From contig OZ244170.1 of the NCBI GenBank assembly GCA_965216565.1, positions 3,488,001-3,552,000 on the forward strand: a stretch of DNA of 64,000 nucleotides. Reading direction: 5' to 3'. Positions 31,801 to 42,500 of this stretch are shown here, one piece after another (the first letter of the stretch is position 1; each line of letters begins with the position of its first letter). Below the pieces are notes generated by a model. It made no database searches and was not told where the DNA came from. It saw only the letters and a program-made list of their open reading frames with translations. This DNA is from Bythopirellula sp. (GTDB taxonomy: Bacteria; Planctomycetota; Planctomycetia; Pirellulales; Lacipirellulaceae). Position numbers and translations under genes: made by a program.

Positions 31801-32203
31801 GGATGGCACTTTGGAGGTCAATCTGTTCGATGGCTTCGAGCCGATTCTAGGCAACAGTTTTACGATCCTCGAAACCACCTTTGGAAACGTCGGCGGCACA
31901 TTTGACAATTTAGATTTCCCCATCTTCAACGGCCTGACCTTCGGTGTCGTCTACAATCCCCAAAGCGTCGTGCTGCAAGTAGTGCAAAGCGCCGATGTCG
32001 ATATGGATGGCGATGTCGACGGCATCGACTTCTTAATCATCCAAAGCACGAACCCGTCCCTCATTCCCCTCTGGGAATCGCAATACGGCTACAGTTCGTC
32101 TCATGTCGCGGCAGTCAGCAGCGTGCCAGAGCCCTCGACGATTGTGTTGGCACTCCTCATGACCGTTGCGAGTGGCCTCCGACGCGTACGAACAACCAGC
32201 TAA
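28826..32203 (+). CDS. Large beta-strand-repeat surface protein with dockerin-like motif and PEP-CTERM sorting signal
   Basis: Signal peptide; G/N/T/S/D-rich body; ADVDMDGDVDGIDFL; terminal VPEPST + TM + RRVR. Confidence 0.88.
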   Translation: MRRYLILLLAGILAVPTFSHSSALAINRSWDSGGSNDNWSNTSNWSPNGDPGGDDLFIGNLPAGQNQFTLVDFDYSIDTLSMSGGSSADTDGNQLDVNGLTSLATGSNALLRLRERTTGSPLFPQSLVTNTLTVGESSTVEMYDDSVLEVDSGLFTLRGTLVGNGELQLTDVVPSATSLFNNSGTLSVGIAPFGINPPARTLTINRSTPNARIDLDGDGTGVVSLQQNATLDNNVQIIEPFSGNLNMGPNSTVDMADAWQVDGNININSSEFFLTAPATITGGLLGLDSSGVITLDEADEELHFDAPLLSGGTVANSGTITFNEDAQFSSSGDFQMNGASASMVVNSNVTISQDGFNLDGNGTATNVIDINQGGRLDLVGAPELRVDNVININGGELVLRDYFLEFNNLVVLNSTPTSSAKILSEFGPGNSPHNLGDGVGTGDARLNVVGNGVSEIEVPASNEVFVFESDALVDVALGSTLEINGLLTIMPGAQVTGEGVFRTGRLGILEGDTTIDVATIDFDYGLNTNISFPDHFIGGHLTINADAIEETDSGFDGDMEVRFDDNVLSPYNGRLTMNVPGGWRFNSGTITLDLISGSAPSMLSGDRVTIGSAATLVADGQGIIVDAPFTLEGNLSIPDPNHILNSTGPLGGPRLENRIEGGSITGLGSLGLIDSNLAGFGSINPEINAANSSRITADDGTLNINGNIENVGELVVTDDGVLNVALPWTTSDTDTGLELQGGEVSGASINNIGNGIRGHGLVTAQIFNLGTIRAEGGGTLIFDPTTGSNTYNQSSSQGDFIADTADLILRNPGGTQSTFGEVQVGSGQEISIEGFRLNYEPGARLFITEGTYRTQDRFSFDGILDIAGTTPSRIVVESSFTTVFLSDTDADLDADLELDVPIAAIVPGASFSGAGALIILDGSRLHLQDGANVGVAVENQGSISPGASNFDNAGMVTVDAFEQTTTGILQADISGVAPGTFDLLTVDNNALLDGTLEVNLFDGFEPILGNSFTILETTFGNVGGTFDNLDFPIFNGLTFGVVYNPQSVVLQVVQSADVDMDGDVDGIDFLIIQSTNPSLIPLWESQYGYSSSHVAAVSSVPEPSTIVLALLMTVASGLRRVRTTS

Positions 32204-32659
32204 CCGTCCACATGTTCGCATGGCCGATGAATAGGGATACGTAATTCCTAGAGAGCGCTGCATCTCAAGCTTGATCGACAGGTTCTTCGGTGCGATTTCG
32301 CGAACGCTCTCTCGTGTGCTACATCTTCCTCGTGCCCTTAGTGTCTTTGTGGTTCGACAATTTTTCCCGCACCATCTCCGCTACCATCACGCCGCTCCGT
32401 GTCAAGTTGATTCTTTTCGCTACTACCTAAAAATTGCTAGCAACAAATTGGCCGCTTGAAAGGCCACTTTCGCAATTGTCAAGTGAAGTTTTTTTGACAA
32501 AAACTTTCTCGCCCGAATCGCCTTTGTCGCTCTTCATGGTGGCAAGTATAATTGGGAACTGAAACGATCAATCGCCAAGTGAAACGAACACGCAATTTGC
32601 GAAGCGAACACCGATTCACGACGCGACTTAAACATAAACAATGTGTGGGTACCGAAGAC

Positions 32660-33202
32660 GTGCTTTCTGTAAGACCTAAAGTTGCTGAGTTAGTTTTTCA
32701 ACTCTACGGGCGCTCCCTGCATCCCGAGCTCTTTGAAATCCATCAATCTCGCTCGATCAAGCGCGCAGGTTACGAGGCCCAGGTGCAGATTACCAGTGCC
32801 GGCCATTGTGTGCTTTGGAAGTACGAAGGGATTATTCTCACTGAGGTCGCGACCGCCGCGCATCACCCCCTGCCTACCACACGTCGTTTAATATCTCATA
32901 AACTCAAAGGCGACCGCTCCGACCGATTAGAATGTCATGGCGGAGTGCAGTACGAAATGGCATTTTCAGTAGAACCTGCCGACGCCGACAAGTTTCGTGC
33001 CTATCAAAGACAGTTGACTCTGCAGGCCACCCGCAAGGGAATGCTGCAACAGTTCGATGCAAGTGGACGATTAGAAACCGGCGCGATGAGTTATATCAAT
33101 GTCGAGTCGCGCGACAAACTGCTCAAAGTACAGGCGTTCCATACGTTCCCAGACGACTGCGCGATTCTCAAGATTCAATCGTCGTACCGAATCCCGGGTT
33201 AA
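32660..33202 (+). CDS. DUF2617-like protein
   Basis: RPKVAELVFQLYGRSLHPELF and FHTFPDDCAILKIQS motifs; GTG start inferred. Confidence 0.7.
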   Translation: MLSVRPKVAELVFQLYGRSLHPELFEIHQSRSIKRAGYEAQVQITSAGHCVLWKYEGIILTEVATAAHHPLPTTRRLISHKLKGDRSDRLECHGGVQYEMAFSVEPADADKFRAYQRQLTLQATRKGMLQQFDASGRLETGAMSYINVESRDKLLKVQAFHTFPDDCAILKIQSSYRIPG

Positions 33203-33265
33203 CAGTGTCGGCAATGACACGATGAATACGTCGCGACCGAGCGGAGCAGCTTTGCTCAAAAAGCC

Positions 33266-34084
33266 TTAGCCTGTCAAACCCGCAGCAAAACTCTGAATCG
33301 CTTCGGTCACCGCGTCGGGATTCTCAAGCGTTGTCATATGGCCAGCCGCTGGGATCTCCACAAACTCTGCTTGGGGCATAGCCAGGGCCATCTCTTTCAT
33401 TTCCTGCGGCGTGCTGATTTGATCCTCAGCCCCCACGAGCACTAACGCAGGCCAGTTGAACGTCGCCAATTCCTCACGCATGTCGGGCCGACGTGCCATG
33501 CCTCGCTGTGCGGCCGCAATAGCAGCCGGGTCGCTGCGACGAATCATTTTGTCGATCTCGTCGGCGATCTCGGGTCGATGGGCAGGGGTGCTGGGGGAGA
33601 GCAGTTTCGGCAGCATCGCCTCAGCTGCCGATCCTGCCCCGGCGGTGGCAATTCCGTCTGCCATCTCAATCCGCTTTGCCGCACCCTCGGCCGTATCGGC
33701 CGCGGCCTTGGTGTCGCAAAACACTAATGCGCGTATTCGTGCTGGAAACAGACGGGCGAGGCTCAACAGAACATATCCGCCCATCGAAAAACCACAAAAG
33801 ATGGCAGGCTCGGAGACTCTCGCATGGTCCAGCGCCGCCACCACATCGGCTGCGTAGTCGGCCATGTCGATTCCCACATCGCCATTGTCTTCGTCAAGTG
33901 TACTTCCGCCGAACCCTCGCAGATCTGGCGCAAACACTTTGTGTGTTTCGGCCAGGGCCGCAATCTGTGGACTCCACATCTTGTGGTCGAGCGGAAAGCC
34001 ATGAATCAAGACAAGCGGCGAACCCTGCCCGCTGAGGTAATAGCTCAGCTGATAGTCGTCGCGAGAAAACGTTGTTCGGGGCAT
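33266..34084 (-). CDS. Alpha/beta-fold hydrolase
   Basis: HGFP, DLRGFG, GFSMGG nucleophile elbow, GAED and AGH motifs. Confidence 0.9.
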   Translation of the reverse strand: MPRTTFSRDDYQLSYYLSGQGSPLVLIHGFPLDHKMWSPQIAALAETHKVFAPDLRGFGGSTLDEDNGDVGIDMADYAADVVAALDHARVSEPAIFCGFSMGGYVLLSLARLFPARIRALVFCDTKAAADTAEGAAKRIEMADGIATAGAGSAAEAMLPKLLSPSTPAHRPEIADEIDKMIRRSDPAAIAAAQRGMARRPDMREELATFNWPALVLVGAEDQISTPQEMKEMALAMPQAEFVEIPAAGHMTTLENPDAVTEAIQSFAAGLTG

Positions 34085-34094
34085 CGACCAATCC

Positions 34095-35921
34095 CTATGG
34101 GACAGAAGCATTTTGTTTTGCAAGTTCCGCTTCGAACATTGCCAACTGCTTTCGCATGACCTGCAAATAGGGATGCATTTCGACGGCTTGGCGTTGGACT
34201 TCCACGGCTTTTTCTAATTCGCCTGCCGCGTAGTAACATCTACCGAGCGTATCCATAAAGCTGGGGCTTTCTGGACTCAGTTCCAGCGAGCGCAAAGAAT
34301 ACTGAACCGCCTTCTTGTAATCCCCTTCGGTGTTACTAATCAACCACGCCCAGTGATTGTAAGACTGAGCATCTTCAGGACGCTCCTTGAGATATCCCTC
34401 CAATTCCTCGGCTGCTTTCTGTATGCGCTGTTGCGTCTTGTTGACGTAGGCCTCATCCGCTTCCGGCGAACGGTACATAGCAATCAACACATCCGCATCC
34501 AAATTCTCGTAACGGAAAGCAGAATCGAGCAACTTACGCTGGAGGTCGTAATCTCCCTCGTCCCGTGCGTGACAAGCTTGGAAATAGTCTCGCTGCGAGA
34601 AAAACAACCTCAACGCGCTATTGCGAAGCACTTGAGCCTTGAGGCGTCCATTCTCGTCAATCGCGGTACACAACTCGGCCAACAGCTCGGCAGCCTGTTG
34701 GTTCTCGCCGCGATCATGCAACCGCAAACTGGCTAGCCAACGTCTGGCATCGGCGGACTGCAGTACGGGCAACTCATCGACCACATATTGCCATTCCCGC
34801 TCTGCCCAGTCGTGCCGACCCATTTCGCCAATCACACTCGCAATCCCGGAACGCTGGCGGACATCGTCGGTGGTTAGATTGTAAGCCTGCTTGGCGATTT
34901 CCTCAGCCGCCTCTGTGTCTTCGATGCGCCAACGTACCAGTGCGGTGAAATAAGTCAGCAGCCGATCTCCTTCGATTTCGTCTGCATACTGCTTCTCTAA
35001 CAGAGGAGAAATATCGAACCGCTTGTGCTCCCAAATCCAATTGAAGGCAAAATAGATACTGGAATCTGAAGTACTCTGATCATTATTGGCAATGCCCGCT
35101 CGCCGCTGCAAAACATCGTAGACGAGCTGCGGATCTGGATTCTCGCTGCAAATTTCTAAAAAGTGGTCGACAAGAGTAGACGTCAGTTTTTGGCTCGTCT
35201 CTGGCGAGTCTTCTGTAAGGAGCTCGATCTCACGATCGATGATGGCAAACCACTGATCGTTACTCGCTGCGTCTGATCTTGAGCGTACCCGTTCCAATGC
35301 CACCTTGATCCACTCCGCAGGAACCCGCAGGCTACCGCCCAACTCCGTCTCAATCATCGCGATTTGGCCGGTGGTAGGATGGGAAGCTTCGACGCTAGAA
35401 ATGACTTTCAAAGCTGCGTAACGGGCGAGCTGAAGCGACGGCTCGAACCGGACGATCCGGCACAACGCACCGATGCCTTGCGCGTTGGGAATTGCTGCCA
35501 GCCCGTCCATCCGACCTTTACGCTCTTCCAACGAGAGTGAATCGTAACGCTTTAGCAGGAGCTTGACGTCGTTTGGGTCCTCGGCATGAACCCATTCGAT
35601 GCGAAGTTTCTGCAAGATGTAGCTGGCACGAACGGCTATTTCCAAATCGGGGTGTTGCTGAACTCCTTGCAAACGATCAAACACATCCGAACCAAGCTCG
35701 ATAAGCTTCTCTTCTGCTGCCTGACGGCTATAGAAATCGTCGTCCCCAAGTTGTTCAATGAGTTTGGCAATCGACTGAGCTTGGCCAGAGGAATCTTTGG
35801 CGGGCGAGGTATCCGTAGTCGCGGCAAAGTTGAGCTGGATGCCTAAAGAGAGCGAAACGATTGCACCACAGGCGAATCGGCTGAGGAGGCGACTCTTGCA
35901 GTTGCATCGGCTAAGGGCCAT
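34095..35921 (-). CDS. Secreted HEAT/TPR repeat protein
   Basis: LIEQLGDDDFYSRQAAEEKL (HEAT-like) and C-terminal TPRs (YNHWAWL, DTLGRCYY). Start uncertain (35921-35963). Confidence 0.78.
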   Translation of the reverse strand: MALSRCNCKSRLLSRFACGAIVSLSLGIQLNFAATTDTSPAKDSSGQAQSIAKLIEQLGDDDFYSRQAAEEKLIELGSDVFDRLQGVQQHPDLEIAVRASYILQKLRIEWVHAEDPNDVKLLLKRYDSLSLEERKGRMDGLAAIPNAQGIGALCRIVRFEPSLQLARYAALKVISSVEASHPTTGQIAMIETELGGSLRVPAEWIKVALERVRSRSDAASNDQWFAIIDREIELLTEDSPETSQKLTSTLVDHFLEICSENPDPQLVYDVLQRRAGIANNDQSTSDSSIYFAFNWIWEHKRFDISPLLEKQYADEIEGDRLLTYFTALVRWRIEDTEAAEEIAKQAYNLTTDDVRQRSGIASVIGEMGRHDWAEREWQYVVDELPVLQSADARRWLASLRLHDRGENQQAAELLAELCTAIDENGRLKAQVLRNSALRLFFSQRDYFQACHARDEGDYDLQRKLLDSAFRYENLDADVLIAMYRSPEADEAYVNKTQQRIQKAAEELEGYLKERPEDAQSYNHWAWLISNTEGDYKKAVQYSLRSLELSPESPSFMDTLGRCYYAAGELEKAVEVQRQAVEMHPYLQVMRKQLAMFEAELAKQNASVP

Positions 35922-36041
35922 AAGAAACTCTGCACCGCAATTAGTTGGTATGAACGAGCTCAATTGAATCGACTTGATCCCGATGAGGACATCCGGGCTG
36001 AGTCCGAACCAATTTCTCCAAACAATTCTTAGTTGGGGAGC

Positions 36042-36482
36042 TTAGGACTCAGGCTGCTCCATTTGTTCAATATACTGCCTAAGCCGCTCTAGTTCGTCAC
36101 TTACATTGCGGAGTTTCAGCATATTTTCAACTCGTTTTACGAGTTCGACCTTATTTACGGGCTTCGAAAGAAAATCGTCCGTGCCAGCTTCCACAGCTCG
36201 TTCGATATCGCCCAGCTCGTTGAGGGCTGTGATCATCAAGATCATGATGCCGCTTTTCTCCGGATCATCTTTCAGCCGCTGACAGACTTCAAAGCCACTT
36301 AGCTTGGGCATCATGATGTCCAGCAGTATCAAGTCGGGCTTGAATTGCTCGACTTTATCGAGCGTATCTTGACCGTCCACCGCCACGAGCGTCTCAATTT
36401 CCATGCCGGCCACATAGGCCTCGAGCAATTCGACGTTCGCTTCGTTGTCGTCAGCAATCAGTACGCGGGGTTTATCAGCCAT
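36042..36482 (-). CDS. Single-domain response regulator (PleD-type receiver)
   Basis: LIADD, LLDIMMPKLSG, ITA and FLSKP motifs. Confidence 0.92.
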   Translation of the reverse strand: MADKPRVLIADDNEANVELLEAYVAGMEIETLVAVDGQDTLDKVEQFKPDLILLDIMMPKLSGFEVCQRLKDDPEKSGIMILMITALNELGDIERAVEAGTDDFLSKPVNKVELVKRVENMLKLRNVSDELERLRQYIEQMEQPES

Positions 36483-36551
36483 GAGTCTGTATGGTGTCCT
36501 TATTCTAACAACTTGGCGTTGTAGTTTTTCAAGCGGCTAATGTTCGGCAAT

Positions 36552-37826
36552 TTATCCCGAGGCGGATGCCCCAGCCTGTTCCAGCGTTGCCGCGGGCACG
36601 GGAAAATCGCGGCATAGCTCGCGGATTTCGCCTTTGATTTTTTCGTGGACCGACGCCTCTTCCGGAGCCCGTAAGGCTTCGAGAATCCAGCGAGCAATCG
36701 TCCGCATTTCCTCGGTTCCCATGCCGCGGCTCGTTAGGGCTGGCGAGCCAATTCTAATTCCCGAGGGATCGTCTGGCCTGCGCTCGTCGTAAGGAATCAT
36801 GTTTTTATTGACGGTGATTCCGCTGGCATCGAGCACCTGCTCGGCCATTTTGCCGCCAACACCCAGAGGAAGAACATTGACCAACAGCAAATGGTTATCA
36901 GTTCCGCCGCTGACGAGTTTCAAACCACCGCTGGCCAGGGCTTCGGCCAGCACCTGGGCATTGTCGATCACTTGCTGAATGTACGTCTTGAACTCTGGCT
37001 TGAGCGCTTCCCCGAAACAAACCGCTTTGCCGGCAACCACATGCATGAGCGGTCCACCCTGAATTCCCGGGAAGACGCGACTATTGATTGTCTTAGCGTA
37101 TTTCTTTTTTGCCAGACAAAGCCCGGCACGAGGCCCGCGCAGTGTTTTATGAGTAGTCGTGGTCACAAAGTCTGCGACCGGCACCGGATTATCGTGCAAA
37201 CCCGCGGCAACCAATCCCGAATAGTGGGCCATATCGACCATTAGTTTGGCACCCACGTCCGCCGCGATCTCGGCAAATCGGCCATGGGGGATTTCGCGCG
37301 GATAGGCACTCGCCCCGGCGACAATCATTTTTGGCTTATGCTCCCGCGCCAGTTGAGCCACTTGGTCAAAATCGATGCGATGGTCTTCTTCCCGCACGCC
37401 ATAACTGACGAAATTGTACAGCATGCCGGAAATGTTGAGGTGCATGCCGTGGGTGAGGTGACCGCCGTGAGCCAGGTCCAAACCCAGCACCGTATCGCCG
37501 GGCTCGAGCGCGGCTAGATAGATGGCCATGTTGGCTTGCGAGCCCGAGTGTGGCTGCACATTGGCAAACTCGGCACCGAACAATTTCTTGGCTCGATTAC
37601 GGGCAATGTCCTCAACCACGTCGACATACTCGCAACCGCCGTAGTAACGTCGTCCCGGGTACCCTTCGGCGTATTTGTTCGTGAGCACACCACCGACCGC
37701 CTGCATGACTGCGGGACTGGTGTAGTTTTCACTGGCAATCAATTCCAGCCCGTCCTGTTGCCGATCGATTTCATCGGCTACAGCGGACCACACTTCAGGA
37801 TCTTGGGAGGCAAGAATATTAGTCAT
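36552..37826 (-). CDS. glyA: Serine hydroxymethyltransferase
   Basis: [29 protein letters not shown] and [11 protein letters not shown] motifs. Confidence 0.97.
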   Translation of the reverse strand: MTNILASQDPEVWSAVADEIDRQQDGLELIASENYTSPAVMQAVGGVLTNKYAEGYPGRRYYGGCEYVDVVEDIARNRAKKLFGAEFANVQPHSGSQANMAIYLAALEPGDTVLGLDLAHGGHLTHGMHLNISGMLYNFVSYGVREEDHRIDFDQVAQLAREHKPKMIVAGASAYPREIPHGRFAEIAADVGAKLMVDMAHYSGLVAAGLHDNPVPVADFVTTTTHKTLRGPRAGLCLAKKKYAKTINSRVFPGIQGGPLMHVVAGKAVCFGEALKPEFKTYIQQVIDNAQVLAEALASGGLKLVSGGTDNHLLLVNVLPLGVGGKMAEQVLDASGITVNKNMIPYDERRPDDPSGIRIGSPALTSRGMGTEEMRTIARWILEALRAPEEASVHEKIKGEIRELCRDFPVPAATLEQAGASASG

Positions 37827-37912
37827 CGAATACTCAATCGTTGAATTCAATTTGCAGGCAATGGGGTGAGTTTGGCATCGCGATCGTTCAGGATTGCCGG
37901 TTGAATACTGTT

Positions 37913-37941
37913 ATTGTCAATCCAGTCGGCTGAAGTGTCAA
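37913..37941 (-). promoter_or_regulatory. Putative sigma70 promoter of glyA
   Basis: Minus strand TTGACA-N17-GACAAT, about 85 nt upstream of the start. Confidence 0.45.
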
Positions 37942-38081
37942 TCGTCGCCCGGCGTAGGTAATGTCTTGGGACTGTGTTGCTAAGGAGTCAAGAAAGGAGA
38001 GGAGATAGGGGGATGAATGGGGATGACGGGGATGGCTCGTTCTGCCGCCGGCCACTTTAGTACGACTGCGCAGGACCAGAA

Positions 38082-38168
38082 GTCGAATAAAGGGGACTGG
38101 CTCGACGCACGATAACGGCTTGCGCCTGAGCACACTTCGGGGCGTCGTGCCTGTCCCCTTTATTCGAC
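38082..38168. repeat. REP-like inverted repeat, family B
   Basis: gtcgaataaaggggactggctcgacgc ... gcgtcgtgcctgtcccctttattcgac; 27-bp arms with 2 mismatches. Confidence 0.8.
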
Positions 38169-38225
38169 AATATCCAGCATTACCCTATCTCCTGAACGTT
38201 TTAGTGACAGCACCGTTATAGGACA

Positions 38226-39524
38226 CTACTCCAGCGAATTACTTTCAGTTAGAGTCACACGAAGTGTGCCCTTATTATCAGACAAGTTCGCGGCAGATTC
38301 GTTCACCCGTAAATAGAGGACCGAGACCCTGGCAGGTTCGATCGTTGCCTGGCGGCCTAGATCGAGCGGATTGGCAAAGTCAATCGTAGGCCTGACACCC
38401 AGGGGCCTCAGCACGCCGATGAGTTTGCCAAGGGGCTGGCCGTTGTGATAGCGAATGGTCACGCCGTCTGGTTCGCAAGGCCAAGGCTCCGAATCGTGGG
38501 CAACCTGGTAACGTCCGCTAGCCGAGAGATGATACCTGCGACCTGCTTGCAGCTGCCAACCAGTGCTCTGCCAGCCTTGGGTAGCTGAGATCTCGATAGT
38601 GTCGCCCAGAGGCTCTCGAATACTCGGGCCATGCTCAACCATCATCCGCTCTACGTCATACCCATAGTCCAGCGCAGCGATGAATGCCTGCCATTCCATT
38701 TTCAGTTCATGCCAGTGCTGAGCAAACAGGCGTTTGAAATTTCGATTGAATTCTTTTTGGCTGTAATCGCTTTCGGCGAGAAACTCCCAAGCCTTGCGAA
38801 ATTTTTCTTGGTGTCGGGGATGGGAATCGAAGAACTTGCACAAAGCCCAACACCAAGCGTATTGCTCGGTGGTGAGTGCGCGGCCTTGGCGAAGCTCGAT
38901 GACACCGTCCATTGGTAGCGGCTTGCTTTCGCGGATCAACTTGATGCGTCCCCACAAGGGCGTCTCCTCGCGGTTGTTTGGAAAATACCGCAGCACTAGT
39001 TGTCCATCTTCCCAACGATGCGTACCAAGCAGTTCCGCCATGCCTTCCATGTACCAACCGGGTGCCGCCTGGCCGAGAAAGGCGTACATGAAGCCGTGTG
39101 TTCCTTCATGCAGCAAAAGATGTCGCCGGTAATAATCGCTGCTTGGCTCGGCAATCCACAGCTCAGCATCCTGGCAGTAACCATTGGCGAACTTACGATT
39201 TGTTTCTGGCAACAATCCGAGTGCTGCAAACTTCGCACGATCTTCCATGAGGAATGCCTGCATTTGCCAGGTTCCGACTTGCTCCCTTGGAATCCCAAAG
39301 TAATCGGCCCAAAGTGGCACGGCTGCATCGAATACCGCGCCGAGCCCATCCACGGCATCGCTCGGCGGAAGATCGGTGTAGAGCCGCAGATGACGACCTG
39401 CGATTTTACGGATGCCAACTTGAGCTGCGCGGCGCTCGTCGACCTTGCGCTGGGAGACCTGTCCGAAGGTGGTGTCTACACACAGTAGACAAACTGCCAC
39501 GAAGATTAAGAGCAATCGGATCAA
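38226..39524 (-). CDS. Secreted DUF1570-like/gluzincin-type HExxH protein with C-terminal beta domain
   Basis: Signal peptide; LLHEGTHG...WYMEGMAE; C-terminal ISATQGWQSTG...ASGRY...DNKGTLRV (LecA-like). Confidence 0.7.
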   Translation of the reverse strand: MIRLLLIFVAVCLLCVDTTFGQVSQRKVDERRAAQVGIRKIAGRHLRLYTDLPPSDAVDGLGAVFDAAVPLWADYFGIPREQVGTWQMQAFLMEDRAKFAALGLLPETNRKFANGYCQDAELWIAEPSSDYYRRHLLLHEGTHGFMYAFLGQAAPGWYMEGMAELLGTHRWEDGQLVLRYFPNNREETPLWGRIKLIRESKPLPMDGVIELRQGRALTTEQYAWCWALCKFFDSHPRHQEKFRKAWEFLAESDYSQKEFNRNFKRLFAQHWHELKMEWQAFIAALDYGYDVERMMVEHGPSIREPLGDTIEISATQGWQSTGWQLQAGRRYHLSASGRYQVAHDSEPWPCEPDGVTIRYHNGQPLGKLIGVLRPLGVRPTIDFANPLDLGRQATIEPARVSVLYLRVNESAANLSDNKGTLRVTLTESNSLE

Positions 39525-39589
39525 GCTGGCTCCTGGAGCACCGGCGATCCGTCGGATCGCGGCTACTCTCGAAAAAATTCTGCAACGTT

Positions 39590-42500
39590 TTACTTGAATA
39601 GCTTATCAAAAGCCCGGTTCAATTCATCGCCAATAACTTGCGAGGCGGCACCTTGGAGCAATTGCTGCGACAAGTTGGCTACCGCGCTGCTGTCGAGGCG
39701 TGGGTTATCGAACGTGCCGGTAATGGGGATCTTCAGCACCTGTCCTGCCAGCGACTGAAACGCCCGCTTATCCCCCAGCCATTTTCGCTGGATCGGAACA
39801 TCGAGTTCCATGGCAAGAGTTTGATCGAACCCTACCGATCCATTCGAGCGAACCGGGACATCGTCGATCGTGAATTGCAGGTCACGATGGTACACTCGTC
39901 CCTGTGCAACCTGAAATTGGATTTGTTGGTCCGTCATCGAAAGCAATTTCACTTCGCTGGGGGTGGTTGCCGATTGCAACAGACGGTCGCTCTGGGTGAG
40001 CGATTCTAGTTGACTAATTAACGAAGCCAGATCGTTCAACATAGGCCCTGGGGTCACTCGCAATTGGTGAACTTCCAGCTTTCCGGTGACACGGGCCTGT
40101 TCCGGCACAGCCAGCGGCACTTGGGTGTTTTCTAAGTCGAGAGAGAATTGCCCTTGCGCGCGTGTAGCGCCGGCTAGGATAGGTGCCACGTATTTCAGCA
40201 TCGCCTCACTCACTTCCGGAGAGATCGATACGTTGGAAATCAACGGACCCCGCGGCAACACAATCTGCTCGGCACCGGGCGAAAGGTAAGCGACCGGCTT
40301 GGCGGTGAGTCGGCCTTGCCCCACAGCCACATCGAGCGGTGCAATTTGCAACTGCCCATCGCGAAGCGTACCTTGGAGCTTTCCGCCACCCACCTCCAAG
40401 CCAAAAATGTCGGCCGTGTTCCAGCCGGCTTCCGCCGATGCACTCCACATTTTCGACCAATCCTGAGATTGCCCGCTGCCATCGGCAAGTTGACCTGCTA
40501 CTTGGAACCGAACCTGACGATCGCCCTGCAGTTGCACTTCCGGGCCCAGGTAGGTTGCGAGTAGTTGCGCAAGTGCCTCGGAATCGTATTGCAAAGCACC
40601 GGAGGCCTGCACGAGTCCATCGCTCGTTAGCTTTTCCACCTTGGCGGTACCATCGACGCGGAGCGTTTGCCCTGTGAGTGAAATCTTGTCGACGGCCATG
40701 CGATCGGCGTTTACATTGTAATTCAGATCAACCACTGTCTGAAGTTTGGGTTCGCTCCAGGCAATTTGTGGCTGAACACCTGCTGCCCCGGTGCCGCCCG
40801 CGCGGACAATCGCCAGTTGGTCGACATCAGTGGAGATATTAGCTTTCACAAGGCTACCGTCGCTCGAAAGTTTCATGCGCCCTACGGCATTGCCTCGCGC
40901 CCAACTTGCATCGCGACCGCCGATAAGTCCGAGCGCGGAACTCAGCCGTTCCAGATCGGCCCGAAACGCCATTCCTCCTCGGGCTGTTGGCACCGTGCCC
41001 TCGGCAAGCTTGAGCAAAATATCGGCCGATCGGAATGTCACAGTGCTCGACTGAAAAGTTGCTTCTCGCGAGGCGAGATTTCCCGCCTCTTGGTCCCAGC
41101 GAAAATCGCCCGCAAACTCGACACGGGGTTCGACGATTTGCATCGCTTCTTTGCGGAGCTGAAGATTCGTCAGTCGTCCGGAGGACTCGACAACTTGCAC
41201 ATATCCGGGCGCCGAGATCAGCTTGGCCTGAAGTTGCGCCTCGCCTTCGAGTTGTTCCGGCATGGCATCGACCCAAGGTCGTAACCGACCGGCCCACGAC
41301 GCCAGCGGACCGGCAGCCTCGACGGAGAGGTTCAAAGTTGGCGACGCCGCTTCGAGCGAGATGGGTTGGAGCAGCTCCGCATCAAAACGATCCCGGGCTC
41401 CACGGAGCTCGGCAGTGAACGAGGAAAGTTGACGAGGTTGAGAATCCACGGCCGTTCCGCCCGCGTTGAGCGTGACCTTTAGTTGAGGCTCGGCCCAAAC
41501 CAAATTGTTGCTCTTGGCAACATTCAATTCGGTAAGCTTGAGTTCAGCCCCAGCACGAAACTGATCATCTTTCGTAGGTACAAATTCGAGGGTACCCTCG
41601 CCCCGACCCTGAAAATGCCAGTCGTCGAGATCGACAAACTTGGCCAATTCGTCCGAAAGCTTTTGTAAATCAAATTGAAAACTGCCATCGACTCGTTCGC
41701 GGGTCGATTCGAGATTGGCTTCGGCAAAGGGCGATACCAGCGACACATTCTTGAGCTGTGGACCGCCAGAGCTGTCTGCTAGCGCCATCTTGGCTTCAAT
41801 TGGCTCGGTCCAACGGATTGCCCGCCGGCCGTCGTTGCCTACGACATTGGAGATCGTTGCCGCAAGCGTCCAAGCAAATCCTTCGTCGGCCGAATTGGTG
41901 CCTGCTTGAAATTCCAAATCGCCCGAGTCGATCCATACTCCCTGGCGAAGCTGCAATGTATTGGGCAACATGGCCGCTAGAGTTTGCAGCTGCACTTTGC
42001 CAGCCAGCCCATTCGGACTGCGGGGAAGATGTTGCAGGTCGAGTGTGCCAAGATCTGCCAGGTTGAATGTTCCCTGCAGATTCACCTGGGCCCAGTCACT
42101 GACGATGTTCAATCGCTGAAAATGAATCTCATCATTCTGCAATGACAACTCCCAGGGAGCATTGAGCGTTTGAAACTGAATGCGGTCGCCAGCAATCGCA
42201 TCGGCCTGCAAGCTGATTTGGCTTCCCTCCAATCGACCGGTCGAACTGAGACTCGTCTGCCCTTGATCGTCGGTGCCAATCGTGACTTGGGCATCGGTCG
42301 AAGCACGACCATTCAGCCACGCACCAGGAAGCACTCTGGCGAGCCACGGTTGCAGAGGTTCTAGGGGCAAGTCTTCGGTTAGCAAATTGACTTCGGTTTC
42401 ATTCGGAGAGGACTGCTGCATGCGAAGATTGAGTCGGCCAACTTGCGGTTGGTCGTCGACCGTCAGTTCCCCGGTGCAGGTTGTCGCAACGCCTCCAGGC

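Noticed and set aside
37830..38080. Riboswitch (ZTP/glycine/THF) upstream of glyA
   Set aside because: No consensus elements recognised by eye; an Infernal/Rfam scan would be decisive.
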